Source: Yuukianura sp. NJ FZ-2021 | Taxonomy: Eukaryota | Direction: 5' to 3' | NCBI GenBank assembly: GCA_046563655.1 | Contig: CM102289.1 | Location: 8,556,001-8,620,000 of the forward strand | DNA length: 64,000 nucleotides | Shown here: positions 24,951-37,982 of the stretch, one piece after another | How the letters are laid out: the number at the start of each line of letters is the position of its first letter | How positions within the stretch are numbered: position 1 is the stretch's first letter | Notes under the pieces: generated by a model | Seen by the model: only the letters and a program-made list of their open reading frames with translations | Told to the model about the DNA's origin: nothing | The model's database searches: none | Translations under genes and position numbers: made by a program

Positions 24951-25467
24951 TTCTAAAAAAACGAAAGCAAAACGTTAAATCCCGAAGTATTTTAACTGCT
25001 TGTCGTAATTACGCTTTTTAACAATTGTGCACTTACCGTTATTTCAGTGGAATCCAAATAAATAAATTTCTTACGTCACTGTCCCACCCAACCTGCCTAT
25101 TGTAAACACCGGTTCTCAGTAATTCATTAGCTGCGAATTTAATTGGTCAAAAATTAAATACAAAAAGAGTAATCGGTAATGTGTGGTTTTATCCAGATCT
25201 TCCCGAATTTGGAAGAATTTGGACTTCACTGGTTATTTCCCGAAAAAGTCATTCACCTTCCCAGAAAGTGCGAAGTGATCCTAAAATTATTCAAGTTAAT
25301 TGGTATAATTAAGATTTTCTAGGCAGTTTAAAGCTGGAAGAGGTCAAAACAGAGGTCAAAGTTACCGTTAGCTTTTCACCTCCTATCCACACCTTTTACT
25401 GCTTTTCCCCTTGTGCCATTTACCAGCTGCCAAACTGAAACTGTCATTTCCCTCCAAAAACTCACTG

Positions 25468-25482
25468 TTTGAATTTGGCGCC
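25468..25482. promoter_or_regulatory. Adjacent CHR and E2F motifs (DREAM-like) upstream of the Treslin-like gene
   Basis: TTTGAA immediately followed by TTTGGCGCC. Confidence 0.45.
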
Positions 25483-27590
25483 TTTCACTTCTCCGCCCAA
25501 GGGTTGCCCAAAGGGACGCTTTGCTATGCACATCAACAAACTTTCACTTACCCCAAACATACTTTCTCTTTTATTTTTCCAATTACTTTTAACTAACTAA
25601 TCAAATTCAGTGAATGAACGTTATTTATTAACAAATTTTTTAGTTAAATTTAACTACTTACTAACAAAACGTCAAGTAATTCAACTAAAAGTTCAAACGT
25701 TTGAACATTTTACGCTACTGACAAAGATCTTTGTTCAAAAAACGGAAATTTTTTGTAAATAAAATATTAGATGAAAAGTAGTACTGGAAAATTTCAAATT
25801 CTTTCTCTTTGAGTCCATTCGGGCTAATCTTAACAAAACATGAAAAGATGTGATAGTTTACATAATTTTTGAAAACAGAACCAGTTCAAATTTGGATTAA
25901 ACTGGTTAAATTCAGCTTTAGTAACTTCAAAATTGTTAAACATGTTGTTGAAAAGAAATTTTTAAACGTATTTTTTGTTTTGATTGTTAAATTTTTCTTA
26001 GGCCGTAGGTGAGGCCAAGGGGTTTGGCAATGAGCCAAAATGGATAATTCCAATGATGAATTTGCAATTCACGCAAACTGATCTCACTCCCAGCTTCGTA
26101 GAAGTTTAAGTTTCATTTAGCTTTGCGTTCCTGTTGAATAAACTCCAATACCGTATACTTATTCTAAATTGTAAAATTGTAAAAGCAGGGATGCATAGCA
26201 CAAAACAGGTACTACAGAATTTCACCTGACATCCCCCTTGTGACTTCAATTGTCACAAAAACGCCTTTACATCGTCCAATTCCCTTTGAAAATACTGCAC
26301 TATAGGGATGATGTTAGGTTAACATTTTATATTGTATTTCGTATGCAGGGTTGGACTCCACTTGCATCTCCTGCTTCTTCATCATCATCCGAAACATTTG
26401 AGAATCATACCAAAAACCTAAGCATTTGGTACCTAAACTTAAAACCAACCAGAATTCAACAAAAACAGAAACTGGAGCTATACTCTGCATAAAATCCATT
26501 GTTACCCTCAGTCACTTCGCACAACCAGTGACAGATTTCTAGGAACGTGAATTCCGTTGTTCAACTTAGATTAGGTTAACATAACAATTGATTTTTGCAA
26601 TTTAAAAACTACCAACAACTGATTTTAGTCTAAAACTAAAAGTTTTTTTTTAAACTAAAGTTGACAATATCCACCGTTGAATTCAGGAAATCCACAAACC
26701 GGCTAACCGCACTAAACTTTTAGTTCGACGCAAATTTAAAACTTCATGACTGAAACCGAAGCCGGACAAAGTTGGTTTTGCGCTGCAGAAGAAGATCCGG
26801 GTAGAATTTGGACTTACGTGACAAGTGTCGTGGATTTTCGTAAAAGTTAAAATCCAAAATTAGCAGCTTCAAATGAGGGGTAATTGAGTTATTTTTTTAA
26901 ACTTTAATTAGTTAATAATTAGTCTTTAATTAGTTAGCCCGGTGCTATGCTACCCTTGGTCAACAAGGTTAAAGTCTAATTACTTAGTTAATTATTCATT
27001 GACGTGTTAAAAACAAAACAAGTTTGTTGTACGAAGTACTTTTGACCGCTAAGAACTATATTTGCACACCACAGTATAGCAGTATACGTTCCAAATTTTG
27101 CCAATTTCGATTTGTGCGAATTTCGGATATTGCGGTGGTCTAGCCGTCGAAAAAAAATTTGGTTATGCTGTGATTCAGCGTTTAACCACAACTTTAATTT
27201 CCTTGTACACAAAAATTTCAATTGGTTTGGTTAAAAATTCAGTGATAATTTGTACATTGCAAAATTTGTTTTTAGGTTAGGTTAGTTACTAATTTTGATT
27301 AGTTAAAAAATATTTGTTTTTGTGTTCTAGAATGAATAGTGGCAACATCAATCCAAGACGTAAAGTTTTGAACAAGACAATTTCTCCATGCGCCGCCAAA
27401 ATTTTACCGCCGAAAAATCAACATGGAGTTTGACATAACCAAGGAAAATATTACGTAAACGGGACCAATTAAATTTAAAGTGCTAAAGTGATTATCATAA
27501 GTTCCTCTCACCAATGCCAAAGCCCATTCGACGTAAATTTTACGACAACGTTTACGTTTTTACATTTTACGGATCCAGTAGTACTATAAA

Positions 27591-30500
27591 ATGGAACCGA
27601 ATTTGCTCAAGTGCTGCATTCCTTCTTGTTTCCTCCGTCCGCTCAACCGCTCTGACCGAGCTAGATGTCCATGCCGACTTAAAAAGTTTCGAAACCGTGT
27701 CGGTCCGGCCAAACCGATCATCAGCATTTCCAAAGAAATGTCGCCGTCACCAAGTACTACTGACCACGCCCCCTCCCTTGACCACCGTATGCACTCAAAA
27801 TTCAATGGTGAAACGAACTTGTACTTTCATGAAGACGAAGTCGGCTTTTGTTCGGTCAAAGATCAAGTTAAAATTAACGGAAATGTCAACGGTATTGTTC
27901 GGGAAAGTTCGGATTCGGACGAAAACTTTCCGGAAATTGATAGAATTAGTGTCGGGGAGGAGCTAGAAAGCAGCTTAAGCAAAACTTTCAATCAGTTCCT
28001 GTCAGAAGTTTATATTCAACTGAGTAAAAGTAAGCAATTACGTGTAGTTCATATTAAAACGAACGAAGTCGAAGGATCCTTGTCAGTTCAGAGGTCAACC
28101 GGCACAGACTGTGTCAATAGTAGCCTCACTGGACTAACTACGAGCAGTGACGATGAAGATGATGACTACTGGTTTTCAAAATGGAGTCGTCGACCTAAAC
28201 TCAAAAACACTTTTAAAGTTCAACTAAGAAACAGCAAAGCAAGGAGAGCCGCCATGTTAGAAATTAATTCCCGCACAACTCGAAATTCTGAACAGGAAGA
28301 AGATAAAGAAGATCCTGAGAATTTGAAACAAGAAATTGCGCGGCGGAGTCTCAGCCCGCCACTTTTTGAAGTTTTTCAAAAAACGGAATCTCCTCTACCA
28401 CCACCTTCCCCGAAAGAGCCAAGTCCTGTCGGTACGACCGAAACTTGCGATGCTCGACGAAACAGTTTCGACGGTATTCCGGTAAAGTTGGTAGAAAACT
28501 ATGACATGGACGAATGGCCAACACCGGACGAGTTTCAGCAGGATCTGGATCCAAATGGTGAACCGACACGCGAATCGGCGGCGTTTACGAATTTTGCGTT
28601 TCAATTTGACGCTGAAGATTTTGAAAATGGCGGGGATGGCCAAGAGAGGACCAAGACTGAAACTGGTGACATAAAACTGACGACTGATCATGTTTTAACG
28701 GAAGGAACTTCAGTGTTCATGTTCAGTGAACCAATGGAAGAGCCTATAAAGACTAACGGTTTCATCCGGAGTGTTAGTCCTTCAACTAGAATTGAATCCA
28801 CGGTGGTGACCAACGGTCATGCGCGGGCGGTGTCTCCGGGCGGCCAATCAGAATCGTTAGACTGCTCAGAGTCAATTGTAGCTGACCATTCGTCAAAACC
28901 ACTTCTGTTTTTCATTCATGGGATTTCGGGATCCAGCGATGTGTGGAAGGGACAGTTCAAATATTTTCATGACCTTGGATACGAAATTGTTGCTCCGGAT
29001 TTGCTAGGTCATGGCCTCAGTTCGACTCCTAACAAAGCCAAACATTATTTATTTGAATCTCTAGTACAAGATTTAGTGGCAGTATTTGATCATTTTATAA
29101 GCGACGGCAGACGGGCTGTCATCATCGGGCATGGATATGGGTAAGTCAATTACTTTTATAATATATTATTATATTTACTTTATATATTATTATCAGGGTT
29201 GTCAAAAATATGTGCTCAAACCCCCGAAATATTGACAACAATTTTTTTTAAATCGCCCAAATAAATATATTTATTTGCCGATGCCTTGAATGTTAAATAA
29301 ATAAATATTTAGGCGATTTAAAAGAAATATTTTTTGTCAATATTTCAGGCGTTTTAGCATAAATATTTAGAAACAAAAATCCCGCAAATATTTTTTTTTA
29401 TTAGCATTAGGGGCTTGGAGACTAAATATGTTTGACATCCCTGATTGTTGTATTGACTTTAAAAATTTTACATGGTACGTCCTAGTTAGTTTTAGAAATC
29501 AAAGTGTTCACAACCTAATTTTACAAAATCGCGATAAACCACTTCCGCTAATTTCATCTTCTTCCTCCACGCTTTTTCTTTTCGTTCTCAGGAAATTAGC
29601 TTTTGAGTTGTAAAATTGATTTTTATCTATTCCTAATGAAATTATTAAAAAACTTTTTTTGAAAGTTTTGAATTTTTGTTTTTTGAAAATTTCAGAGCTT
29701 GCATGGGCACGGTGCTTTCAAGATTACGTTCTCAAAATGTTATTCTTTTGATTTCCGTAAGCGGCGGTGGACCAACACCGTTGATTCCATTTGGATGTTT
29801 AGAGAGACCTTTGCTAAGGTTTCGAAAGTAAGTTTTTGCATTTTTTTTTTTTGAAATTTTGATTCGTGTGGGTGTGGGAGTACTATGACCAAAATTAGTT
29901 ATAAATTTTGAATTTGGACTTGGCATGCTCCAATTACTTGCAAAATGACAGGGTGACTGATGACATTTATCAAAGTCAAGGTTACTTTTGTTAAAACCTT
30001 GGCATGTCAAACTTGATTTTTTATCCCACGTGACGTCACCTTGCATTAAAGTCAATTTACTCAGAAAACGATACAACAATAAAAAAAAATGTGGCTTTTA
30101 GGCCAATTATAGTTGAACTAAAAATTTTCATCATAAAGCCACTTGTATGGTTGACTTCCAATGCTAAAATGTGCAAATATTTTGAAAAAATGTGTGTTGA
30201 AAATGTTATAAATGTTGAAAAACCTAAATTGAAAAGTAGATTTTATTTGGTTTTAGTTTTTTTGTGCCCAATTTCACAAGAAAAAAATGAAAATTTTTTA
30301 AATTGAGGAAAACAAGAATTTTTTGTGTTGAGATGATGAAAAGTTTCTTGTAAAAATGTTTTCGTGGAACTTTGCTGGGAAAATTTTCCTGCCCTACTTT
30401 TACTGTTAATTAAATTTTGGTTTTCTAGTTTTTACAACTATTTTTTATCGAAAATTTATAATTTTTTGTGGTTTGTTTTTGCAGGAAAAAATTCATAGGT

Positions 30501-30881
30501 CGATTTGACAATCCTGAATTGCATCGTGTTCTGCCAGAATCAATTCACCAGCATATTTTGGCTGGTCAATTGTGGGTTGAAGGGGATGCTGCTTTTCATC
30601 GAAAGTAATTAACATTGAGACATTAATTAATTGAAAAGTATATAAAATTTTATATAATTTATATTTATGTGAACAGGATTACAGTGCCAACATTGCTTGT
30701 GTATGGATTGCGTGATCCAGTGGTAACTTTAGTCGAAGAGTGTGAAATGGAGCGCACAATTCCAAAGTCTTTTCTGGAGCTGATTCCCACGGCGGGTCAC
30801 ATGGTCATGTGGGACGATCCGGCCAATTTCAATAGAATGCTCATTACTTTCATTGAGGCTTGGGCTGACTCCCAAACTTAA
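27591..30881 (+). CDS. ABHD8: ABHD8-like alpha/beta hydrolase with a long acidic N-terminus, 4 coding exons
   Basis: FFIHG, APDLLGHGLS, IGHGYG, GGGPTPL, WVEGD, VPTLLVYGLRD and AGHMVM match ABHD8. Confidence 0.82.
29194..29443. mobile_element. hAT-like MITE (250 bp) in an ABHD8 intron
   Basis: 18-bp TIRs, CAGGGTTGTCAAAAATAT versus CAGGGATGTCAAACATAT. Degenerate 8-bp flanks ATTATTAT/ATTGTTGT. The interior is palindromic. Confidence 0.7.
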
Positions 30882-31242
30882 TTAATAATTAACTTAATTG
30901 TTAATTAACTTAATTTAACATAGGCTTTACCTATTTGACAATAACGCAAAGACAAAAACCTACTTATACACAATCAAAACAATTCCTGACTAAAAGTACA
31001 CAGTTTTTCACTGCCTACAATGTTCAAGTGCATTTCAAACTGTGACACAAAACAAAGATATTTCCGAAAAAATATAACTATAAAAATTATTTGAAAATTT
31101 CCTAACTGACCTTTTTTTGAAAACGTATTTCCTGAATTTACTCACTTTCAAAATTTTGTGCTGCTAGAGTAGAATTGTCAGCTCTGTTGAAAGAAATATT
31201 GAAATTGGTGCACTTAAAAAAATGGCCCGAAATCATTCCAAT

Positions 31243-32847
31243 TTAAAAATTACCGCGCGAATTATTATTTCTTGAAACAGGTCGAAAGCAACTTCTGGTT
31301 CTGGGAGGAGCAGGGTTAACGACACACCGTGGTTGCGGAGGTGGCGGCGCAATGGCCGGAACTCTGCAGGCACTTGGAGTTGGACTGCTGTGCCGAACCG
31401 GAGAGTTCGAACCGGGGAAAACATCCATGTACGGTCTCGGTCTCGGTCTTCTAGAGGTCGAATCTGATTCTGGCTGGGTACTGGAGTCCCAAGCCGGCCG
31501 TCCATCTACGTTGTACCGTTTCAAAAAAGTGTCAAATTCGGTTTTGAGTAGAAAAAGTGGACCGGGATTTCTGGCGGGAACTTGAAAATCGTCTTTGGTT
31601 GGATGTCCGTTGTCGATACTTCGCCCTGTTCTTGTTGAATATCCAGTTTCTCCATCAGCTGATTGCTTGCGAGGCTTGTCGTTTTGATTTCGTTGTAATC
31701 CAGGACCATGTTTGAATGCGTCGTTTTCCTTGGAAGTATCGTCGGTGTGTTGCTTGGTTTGTACTGGACCACTACCAGCATTTTCAGTAGGTTGAGCAGA
31801 AACAGTAGCGACTGGCCTTGATTTAGGGGTGAGACTTGGACCGGGTTCTTGCGCGAACTCTTGAAATTCTTTTGTCTCATCAGCTGATTGTTGTGGTTCG
31901 AATTGTGAAATCAGCTGTGCTACGCTGGTTGGTTTTGGTGCCGTTCCGGTAGCAGAGTTGGGTATCGTACCGGCAGCAGAGCCCGGCATCGTTTCGGTTC
32001 TGGAAGTCGTTTCATCGCTACCTTCTGGAGGCCTTGACTTGAAAATGTCCATCGGTCTTGCGTCGGCATCGAAGGGGATTTCATAACCTGCTCCACCTCC
32101 AAATTCAAATTGCGTCGCAATTGCAGGGGTTTCAAACTTTTGTGCTTCCGGATTGATGCCAACTGAAATTCCACAAATACTTGTGCCGTTCCCGACTCCA
32201 CAAGAACCTCCTGGTCCGAAAAATCCGGCACAAAAATCCTTCGTTCTGTCTTCGGCCGGGTTCGTCAAGGTCGTTGACCCGTCCGAACCCGGGAAATTTC
32301 CAAAATTTCTTAAATTAGTGTTGATGATGTCGTCGCTGGACGGAAGACCACCAAAAGTTGGACATCCCCCAGGAAGTATGCTGTTGGTCAGTCCAGAATA
32401 TTTTCTCATGCCGATGTCTGTTCGGTTCCAATTATTGTCAAATTTCGCTCCATACGATCCGTATCCTCTTGTCCTAGGTTGTGTCGGGCAATTAGAGTCG
32501 GAAGAACCGAAGTTTTGAAACGGCCCGAGATTTTCGCGGATAATTTCATCGCTTGTTGGAATATCTCCGAATTTCGGACTCGTTGGACAAGGTCCACCGC
32601 AGTTGCGTTGTTGAGCTCTTGAAATGATTCCGTCAATGATCTCATGACACCTTCCAAGATTACAGCTTGACTTTCCAATTGAAAGTTCATTACGACATTT
32701 ACTATTCTTCTTCAGCGATGCAATTAGTGCAAGGTCTAGTTGTCCGTGGTTTCGGTTTGCACCGGTAGTCGAACCGTTGCTGTACCGGACAGAGTCATCG
32801 TCGGACCGTTTCGGTTTATCCCCATGTCTGTCCAGTGCGAAAGTCAT
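31243..32847 (-). CDS. Uncharacterised 534-aa low-complexity protein (single long exon)
   Basis: Uninterrupted, GC-richer ORF rich in G/S/P/T with an internal 2-copy motif. No family recognised. Confidence 0.7.
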   Translation of the reverse strand: MTFALDRHGDKPKRSDDDSVRYSNGSTTGANRNHGQLDLALIASLKKNSKCRNELSIGKSSCNLGRCHEIIDGIISRAQQRNCGGPCPTSPKFGDIPTSDEIIRENLGPFQNFGSSDSNCPTQPRTRGYGSYGAKFDNNWNRTDIGMRKYSGLTNSILPGGCPTFGGLPSSDDIINTNLRNFGNFPGSDGSTTLTNPAEDRTKDFCAGFFGPGGSCGVGNGTSICGISVGINPEAQKFETPAIATQFEFGGGAGYEIPFDADARPMDIFKSRPPEGSDETTSRTETMPGSAAGTIPNSATGTAPKPTSVAQLISQFEPQQSADETKEFQEFAQEPGPSLTPKSRPVATVSAQPTENAGSGPVQTKQHTDDTSKENDAFKHGPGLQRNQNDKPRKQSADGETGYSTRTGRSIDNGHPTKDDFQVPARNPGPLFLLKTEFDTFLKRYNVDGRPAWDSSTQPESDSTSRRPRPRPYMDVFPGSNSPVRHSSPTPSACRVPAIAPPPPQPRCVVNPAPPRTRSCFRPVSRNNNSRGNF

Positions 32848-33176
32848 ACTTTAGTTACAATTTCTTCAAAAATTTAGAAAAATTTTATTTTGGTTTTTCG
32901 AAAATTTTGTGTTGAATTTACCGCGGAACTTTGTAAAATCCGACGTGACTGTTCCCCATTGCCTATTCGGCAAAAACTCCGCGTGTTTGTCACCAATTCC
33001 TCAAAATCGTTGGAAATTGCAAAACTTTTATGAAAGTTGTAAACCACAAAGTTAAAAATTGTGAACAAAAATCAACAAATTTGTTTTTACTTTTATTGTG
33101 GTTCACATAGTTGTAACTTTTAGGAATTCTTAAAATGTATTCTCGCAAAATTTTTTGAAATTTTGGATTTTTAATT

Positions 33177-35096
33177 TTAAATGGTTCGTTTGGGATACAT
33201 AAAAGGCGAGTATTGAACAAATGTGGATTTCGTTTCAGGAATTTGTGAACTTTTGTCAATTTTTTGTGACGTGGGTCGTGTCCATACAAATGTCGATCGA
33301 GGAGACACTAGCAGTGGCTCCCGCGTAGTCACTGGACGCTTCTTGGGGCTTGACATACTAGTAGTACCGGTTTGGATACCGCGACCGGCACAAGTTTCAA
33401 CCGGAACAGTGTTGGTCGACATATTGACCTTTTTTGTTACGACCTTTGAAGTATTTTGACCTTTGACCTTGACCTCTCCTGGAGCTTGGTGACCTTTCCC
33501 CCCTGGGGAAGTGAGGTAATTTGAAGGAATTGGAGCAGTTGCTGGTCGTTTCACCGGTTTGTCGACGGTTTTTAGCAGTTTTGAAACGCGTTTGTCATTG
33601 TGAAGCTTTTTCGGTGGTGCGTAGCATCGAAACAGGGTTTCATTTGTTGTGCTCATGACATGACCACTCTTTGTCTGCGTCTGTGCAGATCCCATTTTGC
33701 TGGATTTCTTTCGCAGCTTCTTGACAAAGTTGTACGTTCGTAGTTCCTTGTCATCTTGAACTTTGAAGGTTACGGTAACCAGGCCAGAAATTAGCCGATC
33801 CTGTTCGTCACAAATTCCAGTAGCTGTAGTATGTGCTGGATTTTCTGGAAGTGGTCCAACCGTCGGTCTGGAAGTACATTTTGGAATACTGGGTTGGTGA
33901 CAAGTTTTGGACGTTGACTGGACAGCCAAACCAGTGCTGGATTTTTCGCAGTCTTTCAGCCACCAAGTCACTTTGTCGCGGACGGTCAACCTTGGAAATG
34001 GTGGACACTGCTTTGTGTCATCACTTTGTAGCACAGTACATGAAGAGGCGTTGACTACTTGGGCAGTATCGGTACCCACTGATGATTTTGTGATGCTGTT
34101 CAGTAAAGAAACTGGAGGTTCCAGGTGAACAGGTTTTCGTTTTGGCGGAGTGTTCGAGATTTTTTGAAATTTCGCTTCTCTACGCTTGCGCAACAAGGTT
34201 CTGGAGGACACGACGGCTCGCAATAGGCAGTATCCGCTGGTGGCACTCTCATTGTCACAGTCGCTGCCAGACGAATCACCGTGACCTCTCCGATCTCTTA
34301 TGCTTTTGGAAATACTTGAAATGCTGCTGTCTTCGGATACTGGATGATTCCTAATTTCAAACACCAAAAACAAGCAGCATAAATTCCTTTTGCTACTGCA
34401 ATGGACTATGAACTCTCACGTTAGTATTGAAGTCGGACGGGAGTCGCTGAATCCCAAAATACTGCCAGTATTTTGATTCGAACAAGTACAAATGTTGACA
34501 CAAAGCGGTGTAGCAAAAGATACTGGCTGGTCCTTGCGTCGTTGATTCCCAGATGACGAACGCGTAGAATTTCTAAGCTGACCGTGGGTGTTGACATTGC
34601 AAGTTTTTTCTAAAAACATAAAATATTTGAAAAATGTATTTAAAAAAATCAAAATTTTTTAAAACTGGGTGTTTGAATTTTTTTTAGAAAAAAAAATTTG
34701 TTTACCTTCACATGAAGCTTTAAAGTTCGTATGGGCCGTCGACCACATTTCCAGCTCCTGCGCAGAATCGTCACTTTCCGAATCAAAACTTCGCTCAGAA
34801 ATGGCGTCGAACGTCTCCTGCTCTTTTGAATCTCTTGGAAACCCAACTTGTGGAACATCCTGTACTTCCTCATTCTGCCTTGTCTTGACTCTGATTGGCT
34901 GTCCATAGTTTACGTAGAAGCGGGTTGGTTGAATCCGTTCCAGAACTTCCTGATATTGCTCACCCTGCTCACCCCCGCCTTCTTCTCTTGTCCAGGGGAG
35001 CCTTGGTTGAGTTCTTGTCATAAAGTAGTTCGCACTGGACTCAACCTTGGTCCTATCATTTGTGATTTGTGGGAACGGATTTTCAGTGGGTTTCAT
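33177..35096 (-). CDS. Uncharacterised S/T/K-rich protein, 3 exons (possibly part of the upstream zinc-finger gene)
   Basis: ORFs 34659-35249, 34416-34652 and 33177-34373 join in frame through GT-AG introns. The start is uncertain. Confidence 0.6.
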
Positions 35097-35360
35097 TTGA
35101 GTACTTAAGAAGGCACTTGAAATGTCAGAGGAAAGGAGCGGGAAGGTCCAAGAACTTTTGAAATTTTGAAATTCCAAATCTCTTTTTTCGAAATTCGGCT
35201 TTAAATCTAAAGGAATGTTGGGAAAAGTGATTAGGAGAGGAAACGACAAGGGAAGGGAAACGAATTAATTTGAGTGCAAGGATACCACAATGGAATTTGG
35301 AAATTGCGAACATGGCTAGACTAAAAAACTTAAATTTTTTCAAAATTTCAAATTTTACCG

Positions 35361-36213
<853 letters not shown>

Positions 36214-36635
36214 TTAAAAAGCGGGCTAGTTTTTGAAATGACTTGTTTGGTCAAAGGTTCTGGAGCTACTGAAAGTGAAAATCCTTAGTGGTGGATTTTG
36301 GCTCTGGTGAAAGTAATACCGTAGTTACTCCCTCCGATGCCACCCAATCAATAACGATTCTCCGAAAGTCAGATAACTGAAACCTCCCGTCCGCCTTTTT
36401 CGTGTCTTTCGTTCCATTTTCAAGGCTTTTCAGTCATTTAAGGGGAAAATGTTGCAAAAGTGTTGTGAATTTTTGAACAAGGACAGTAGGTAAAGCAGAG
36501 GACAGAGAAAAAAGACAAAAAAAGAAGTTTCAAAAAAAGATTATTTTTTTTTCGTTCTTCGAGATTCCAAAACATTTTTGTAAGTGCTTAATGGATGGTT
36601 CAAATAAGAGGAACTTAAAACTGGAGAAAGCATAA

Positions 36636-37145
36636 CGCTGAATCTATACTTTTGCCTTTTCCATTTCCATTCCTCTTCCATTCTCGTTCCATTCCATTAC
36701 GAATGCATTGTTGTCATCCATACTACAATTGCATTCCAGTACCATTTCCATGACAGTAGCATTCCATTTTCTATTTCATCAAGCATTCTCGCTGAAAAGT
36801 ATGGATCGTTCCGTCGATGCACAAATTGGAAGTGCATATTTTTCGTATTTTTCTTTAACGTTGGTGCATTTGTGCAAATTTAATTTGCCATAGCAACCCA
36901 TTTTTCCTCGGTCGTTCCATTGAAGGAATAGCACTGAGTTCAATGGCACGATGACACTGGCATGGCAATGGAATGTAACAGGAACGGAAAACTCAAAATG
37001 CATTTCCGTTCCATTTCCATTCCATGATCGTTCCTCGTGGAAACCACGAAGCAACGATGGAAAACAAGTATGGATCGCGAAAATGGAAAATGGAATGGAA
37101 TGCAACGAGAATGTAACGAGAAAACCACGAAGTATAGATTCAGCG
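36636..37145. mobile_element. PIF/Harbinger-like MITE, 510 bp
   Basis: Perfect 16-bp TIRs CGCTGAATCTATACTT with TAA on both flanks. Internal TTCCA/TGGAA motifs occur in opposite orientations. Confidence 0.82.
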
Positions 37146-37982
37146 TAAGCATTAAAGTCTTCCAAACAGGAGACACTAAAAGCCACGCATTAAAAGCCCT
37201 ACTAACCTTACGTTTCAAAAAAGAGAGAAAGTGTAGAACTTTTTAGCGATTTTAAGCTATGGATTTTTCGGATCGATCGAAAAACGTCGATGATTTTGGT
37301 AAAACTGAAGAGAATTTAAGACGAAACGCGAGATACTAAGAAAAAGATTCTCCCGGTGTAAGATTGAAAGTGGCAAATTCGAATGTATTATTCAAGTGAT
37401 TTTGGTTTCGGATTTAGTTTTGGGTGGAGAAAGTGTACAAAACTTTGGATATAAAAAACCGGAGACTTTCACTGACTTGTACGCGGTTGGTGAAAAGTTT
37501 TTGTCGCATTTTCCTACAGGTTTCTAGGCATTTTAGACACAAACAACACGAAACAAAAAAGGAAAATTGCTACTATAAAAAAACAAATTCAAAAAAAAAA
37601 ATACTGGAAATTATCCAATTATTTAATCGATTGCACAATTTCAATTCAAATTCAAATGTTAAGTGAATGTTTCATTGTAAATAAATAAAACAGAAAAAGA
37701 ACTAAAAGAAATTCTTGTCCTGAAATACAATTCAGTTCAGTGCAAGGAAAAATTGTTTCAAGAATTCAAGAAAAAAAATCGTTTCTTAGAAAAAAAAACT
37801 TGCACTTTTAACAAAAAAAAAAACTTGTAATTCAGTTGCAGCGTTAATTCAATTCTTTGTTGCCGTTGAAAGTGAAAGGCAAAAAAGAAAACATTTATTA
37901 CTGCAACAAAGTGAGAAAAAAATCAAGCAATTAGTAAGTACCTAAACCGTAAAAAATTATTTACCGAGCTTTTAGCTCCATT

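Noticed and set aside
36779..37218. Several overlapping ORFs
   Set aside because: They lie within the Harbinger-like MITE and derive from TTCCA/TGGAA repeats.
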